A stretch of DNA of 64,000 nt, taken from positions 1,429 through 65,428 of the forward strand of contig CBDUEV010000006.1 of assembly GCA_965366365.1 (NCBI GenBank), given 5' to 3'. This document shows positions 61,621 through 64,000 of this stretch, piece by piece. Made by a program: the position numbers and the translations under genes. The notes under the pieces are model-generated. The model saw nothing but the letters and a program-made list of their open reading frames with translations. It did not search any database and had not been told where the DNA came from. Origin of the DNA: an uncultured Acidimicrobiia bacterium. GTDB lineage: Bacteria; Actinomycetota; Acidimicrobiia; Spongiisociales; JAENVV01. The number at the start of each line of letters is the position of its first letter. The stretch's first letter is position 1.

Positions 61621-62925
61621 TTAGTCAGATCGTGCCGCCAGGGAGTCGTTCATCGCAGAGTCGGTCAGGTCGATGAGGATCTCCGCTTGGGCAGGGGGTT
61701 CGACGAAACCCACCACGTCTGCGATGTGGCCCGCCAAGGATTCCATCATGGCTATCACCTGAGCAGAGTCGTGGTAGAGAGTGTGCGTGAAACGAATCCC
61801 ACTCTGACCCAATGCAACGGCCGGAAAGGTGGCAATATTCACGTAAAATCCATCGTTCATGAGGCGCTTGGCGACCTCCACGGCGCGCTCGGTTTGTCCG
61901 ATCTTGGCGAACCAGATGGGGGTCAATTCGTGCGCAGCCATGGGAAGTTCCAGTTCCAAAGCCGCCGACCGAACTTCTTGGATCTGTTCGCCCATCCTTG
62001 CCCTGAGTTCGGCGTGCTCGGCCGAGAGGTGGAGATCCGCCGAGGCGACGGCCGCCCCGAGCTCGGCCGGGTGCACAGGACCGCCAAAGATGAGCGGGCC
62101 ACTGAGCATCTGCACCCGGCGGGCCGTTTCCTTGTCGGGTAGCGCGATGGCTGCGCCGCCGGAGCCGAAGGATTTCGAGAGAGAGCCGGCCACGACCATA
62201 CGCTCACGCATGGGCACCTGATCGAGGACGTACCCGCAACCGTGGAGGCCTTGCCAGCCGAACCCGTGAGCGTCGTCGAAGTAGAGGTGGAGGTTCGGGT
62301 GGTTGTCCAATCGGGCCACGATGTCCCTGACCGGAGCCACGTCACCGAGCATCGAGTAGACGCCGTCGGCCAGATACCAAACGGAGCGATGACGAGGGGC
62401 GAGTTCGTCGAGAGCCCTATCGAGGGCGGCCATATCGTTGTGGGGGAGCAGGCGCACTTCGATCCCCTTCGACTGGAGGACGTCCGTGGCCAGGTGAACC
62501 GAGGAATGCGCCTGGGCGTCGACGAGGGCGACATCCCCCTCGCCCAGCAGGACGGGGAGGGCCGACAGATGCCCGAGGGTGGTGGTAGGAAAAACGACCA
62601 CCGGACTCTCGAAGACGCGTTGAAGGCGTTCTTCGAGTTCGTCGTAGAGGCTGACGGAGGCGTAGGCGGTCGAGGACGAGAAGGACGGTCCGAACCGTTC
62701 GATCGCCCGAATCGCTCCTTGCTTGAGGCGAGGGTCGAGGTTGACGCCGAGGTAGGCACAGGACCCGAAGTTGAGGAGCCGCTTTCCGTCCAGGATGATC
62801 GATTCGCCGGAGAGGTATTCGTCCTCGATCCGAACGCGCGCTAACCCGGCATCGACGATACAGTCGGCGTTTCTTTGGAGGAGGCGGAGGAATCGTTCGT
62901 GCCGTGAAGCGCTACGCGCTGACAT
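61621..62925 (-). CDS. alpha-oxoamine synthase family PLP-dependent acyltransferase (BioF/KBL/serine-palmitoyltransferase-like)
   Basis: Class-II aminotransferase fold with the PLP lysine in GSLSKSFG; start set at the internal Met (MSARSAS). Confidence 0.65.
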   Translation of the reverse strand: MSARSASRHERFLRLLQRNADCIVDAGLARVRIEDEYLSGESIILDGKRLLNFGSCAYLGVNLDPRLKQGAIRAIERFGPSFSSSTAYASVSLYDELEERLQRVFESPVVVFPTTTLGHLSALPVLLGEGDVALVDAQAHSSVHLATDVLQSKGIEVRLLPHNDMAALDRALDELAPRHRSVWYLADGVYSMLGDVAPVRDIVARLDNHPNLHLYFDDAHGFGWQGLHGCGYVLDQVPMRERMVVAGSLSKSFGSGGAAIALPDKETARRVQMLSGPLIFGGPVHPAELGAAVASADLHLSAEHAELRARMGEQIQEVRSAALELELPMAAHELTPIWFAKIGQTERAVEVAKRLMNDGFYVNIATFPAVALGQSGIRFTHTLYHDSAQVIAMMESLAGHIADVVGFVEPPAQAEILIDLTDSAMNDSLAARSD

Positions 62926-63058
62926 TGGGACTATGCCCTTTCTCGGCCCCAAGGACCGTACACGCTCCCAGCGCGGCCTCGCCGTTACGATAGCGCCTCT
63001 TGGAGGAATCCCCACATCTTGGAGAGACCAGGTTTGTGGCGCGGCGCCGCCTTGACGG

Positions 63059-63727
63059 CTACGGCTTTTTGCTCGCCACGCTCACTCCGGCGGCGATTGC
63101 CTCCTCCACGAAGCGAGGTCCCAGCCGAAAAGCGGATCCTCCGAATCCGTGGTCTCGAGCCAACACGGCCGCCGCCAGGCAGATAGCCTCCAGGTAGGAT
63201 CGTCGATCGACGACCCCGTGCGTGACGGTGCCGTGGGGACCGGTAGCCGACACCAGAATCGCCGCCAGGGCTCCCTCGTGAGGCGCCACGCTGGTATCGC
63301 CCTCCCGAGAGCTGTACAGCCGCCCGACGGGTAGAGGAAAGCTCACCGGGCTTCCTGATCGGAGCGGTTTCCCGGGTTTCGTGCGAGCGACGGTAGAGGC
63401 GGACGCCCCGGCTCTCTGCATGGCCAGATCTCCGAGAGCATGGGCTAGTCCTCCCAGGTTGGCGCCGTCGGTCACCAGCGCGTCAGGACCGGGAGCAGCG
63501 GCGGCGATCACGATGGGGATCTGTCGATCCTGTGCCCGCTGCGCCTCCGTCGACTCGAGGTCCTCCGCCACGACTACATCGAAGCGGCCGAGATCCTCGA
63601 GGGACACGATTCGTGGATCGCTGCCCAGTGGATGACCAACGCCGATCAGGTCGACCCGATCGTCTGCCAGGAGAACCCGTCCGGTGCGCCGGAGGAGATC
63701 CCCGCCCGGCGCCAGGGCGATCTTCAC
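63059..63727 (-). CDS. hypothetical protein
   Basis: Codon-usage-consistent ORF overlapping the downstream small-protein gene by 4 nt; no recognisable motif. Confidence 0.4.
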   Translation of the reverse strand: MKIALAPGGDLLRRTGRVLLADDRVDLIGVGHPLGSDPRIVSLEDLGRFDVVVAEDLESTEAQRAQDRQIPIVIAAAAPGPDALVTDGANLGGLAHALGDLAMQRAGASASTVARTKPGKPLRSGSPVSFPLPVGRLYSSREGDTSVAPHEGALAAILVSATGPHGTVTHGVVDRRSYLEAICLAAAVLARDHGFGGSAFRLGPRFVEEAIAAGVSVASKKP

Positions 63728-63921
63728 TCGGAGTCGTCGGAAGCGGCGTCCTCACCTGCGCCTTCCTCGGACCTGGGTCCAAAGGGGCGGAGGGGGTCGA
63801 CCGGCTTCCAGATCTCTTGTTCGGACGCCAACTGCTGCTGTTTCTGTTTCTGGAGATAGGCTGCGACGCCTCCGGCGGCAGCAGCCACGAGTAACCATTT
63901 GCGGAACTTCATGAGGTTCAT
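63724..63921 (-). CDS. small membrane protein (DLW-39-like?)
   Basis: 65 aa, one TM (WLLVAAAAGGVAAYL) followed by KQKQQQ and an acidic tail. Confidence 0.35.
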   Translation of the reverse strand: MNLMKFRKWLLVAAAAGGVAAYLQKQKQQQLASEQEIWKPVDPLRPFGPRSEEGAGEDAASDDSE

Positions 63922-64000
63922 TGTAGGCCGTTTGCGATCTCACGGAGCGTCGTCGTCCCGATGGGAATTGGGGATCGGAAGGACCGCACAGTAGGCCACG

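Overview
This is a high-GC (~68-70%) actinobacterial chromosome segment that spans the replication origin. The right half (about 39.5-59.8 kb) has the order found next to the origin in Mycobacterium: MviN-like pseudokinase, ECF sigma (SigM-like), anti-sigma, trxB, trxA, cwlM, parB, parA, rsmG(gidB), jag, yidC, yidD, rnpA, rpmH, a DnaA-box region, dnaA, a second DnaA-box/AT-rich region, dnaN, recF, DUF721, gyrB, gyrA, DUF3566. Two perfect parS palindromes lie upstream of rsmG-parA-parB, and DnaA boxes flank dnaA. The left part holds an 8-gene, overlap-coupled operon in which an ABC-2 exporter is joined to a MoxR AAA+ / DUF58 / VWA (Bat-like) module, including a membrane protein with a (GQ/GE)n tandem-repeat tract. 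Next comes housekeeping (nfo, pyrE, rnhA, uppS, pepP). After that is a small accessory stretch (AtuA-like, EEP nuclease-like, haloalkane-dehalogenase-like hydrolase, F420-PPOX, DUF1028, SH3 lipoprotein, secreted S8 protease). It is followed by a reduced arginine cluster argC-J-B-R-G-H with no argD or argF. The arginine cluster has two AT-rich promoter/operator candidates that share a motif and sit within 5 bp of the argC and argR start codons. Other points of interest are an orphan pilT next to a deacetylase and GNAT, a 13-bp x4 tandem repeat in the cca/dinB divergent promoter, and TTACAC-type inverted repeats upstream of gyrB and pyrE. I recognised no rRNA, tRNA, CRISPR array or obvious transposase. 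Many long antisense ORFs in the six-frame track are high-GC frame artefacts. Start coordinates that I refined from the ORF track are exact offsets. Coordinates of DNA motifs were counted by hand and may be off by 1-2 nt.
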